Assembly: GCF_009914755.1 (NCBI RefSeq)
Contig: NC_060933.1
Length of the DNA: 64,000 nucleotides
Strand: one strand, 5' to 3'
Origin: the human T2T-CHM13v2.0 reference genome, Homo sapiens
Below are positions 63,401 to 64,000 of this stretch, piece by piece. The position numbers and the translations under genes were made by a program. Positions within the stretch are counted from its first letter, which is position 1; every line of letters begins with the position of its first letter. The notes under the pieces are model-generated. The model searched no databases and had not been told where the DNA came from. It saw nothing but the letters and a program-made list of their open reading frames with translations.

Positions 63401-64000
63401 AACTATGCGAATGGTGTCTGTGGACAGGGGCTCTGCCCTTTCTCAATTATCATTTGAGGTGGGTGCTCCAATGTCTCCCAAAATGTCCAACATGGGTTCC
63501 CCACCCCCCCCACAACCCCCGCCACCAGACCTCAGTACTGAGCTTTACTACTGCAAACACTGTTCCTACAGCAATCGGTCAGTTGTGGGAGTGCTTGTCC
63601 ACTACCAGAAAAGACACCCAGAAATAAAGGTTACTGCCAAATATATCAGACAGGCTCCTCCCACAGCTGCAATGATGAGAGGGGTCGAAGGGCCCCAAGG
63701 CTCCCCCCGGCCACCCGCCCCCATACAACAGCTGAACCGAAGCAGCTCTGAGAGAGATGGCCCTCCTGTGGAGAATGAGATGTTCTTTTGCCAGCACTGT
63801 GATTATGGGAACCGGACGGTCAAAGGGGTACTCATTCATTATCAGAAGAAGCACCGAGACTTCAAGGCCAATGCAGATGTGATCCGGCAGCATACGGCCA
63901 CCATTCGAAGCCTCTGCGACCGAAATCAGAAGAAGCCTGCCAGCTGCGTGCTTGTCTCCCCCTCTAATCTGGAGCGGGACAAAACGAAACTCCGAGCACT
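60427..64000 (+). CDS. ZNF462: ZNF462 giant coding exon (partial, runs off window; residues 74-1264), 12 C2H2-type fingers, Pro/Gln tract, acidic tract
   Basis: Acceptor tttttctttAG|GT at 60426/60427, phase-compatible with the upstream exon (G+GT=Gly). Open frame GQNATSLGTGGYYGH...FQCKFC...H...H...SNLERDKTKLRA with no stop seen to 64000. Repeated CxxC-x12-Hx3-4H motifs. Absent from the ORF track, presumably because it has no stop in the window. Confidence 0.96.
61818..61986 (+). repeat. ZNF462: Coding CCA/CCG/CAG low-complexity tract (QQQQPPQ-P10-SQPQP...)
   Basis: Translates to a Pro/Gln-rich segment including 10 consecutive Pro codons. Confidence 0.9.

Overview
Primate genomic DNA, almost certainly human. 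I recognise it from the protein as the 5' half of ZNF462 (9q31.2; haploinsufficiency causes Weiss-Kruszka syndrome), on the + strand. Layout: a GC/CpG-rich promoter-proximal segment with a pure (CT)47 tract (1-~1200); about 58 kb of 5'-UTR intron; the ATG-containing exon (59648-59897); a 529-nt intron; and a giant coding exon from 60427 that runs off the window end with no stop. The supplied ORF track misses this last exon. The window encodes residues 1-1264, including 13 C2H2-type fingers. The long intron holds six Alus (all antisense), a full-length decayed L1PB-type LINE (36.1-42.7 kb, antisense), an older degraded L1M, MIR/L2 fragments, hAT MITEs (MER5, MER20, MER33) and microsatellites. 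I see no prokaryotic-type system (CRISPR, operon, intact transposase) and nothing I can call a new biological system. The best leads are smaller. They include an AUG-UGA start-stop element 23 nt upstream of the start codon and a candidate SRRM4-type microexon at 52444/52450-52457. Others are candidate alternative 5'-UTR exons near the promoter, a cluster of co-repressor short linear motifs in the protein (PLDLS, PxVxL, SIMs, RKS), and two fossil template-switch/end-joining scars inside repeats. Repeat family names come from remembered consensus sequences, not from a search, and the boundaries of old repeats are approximate.
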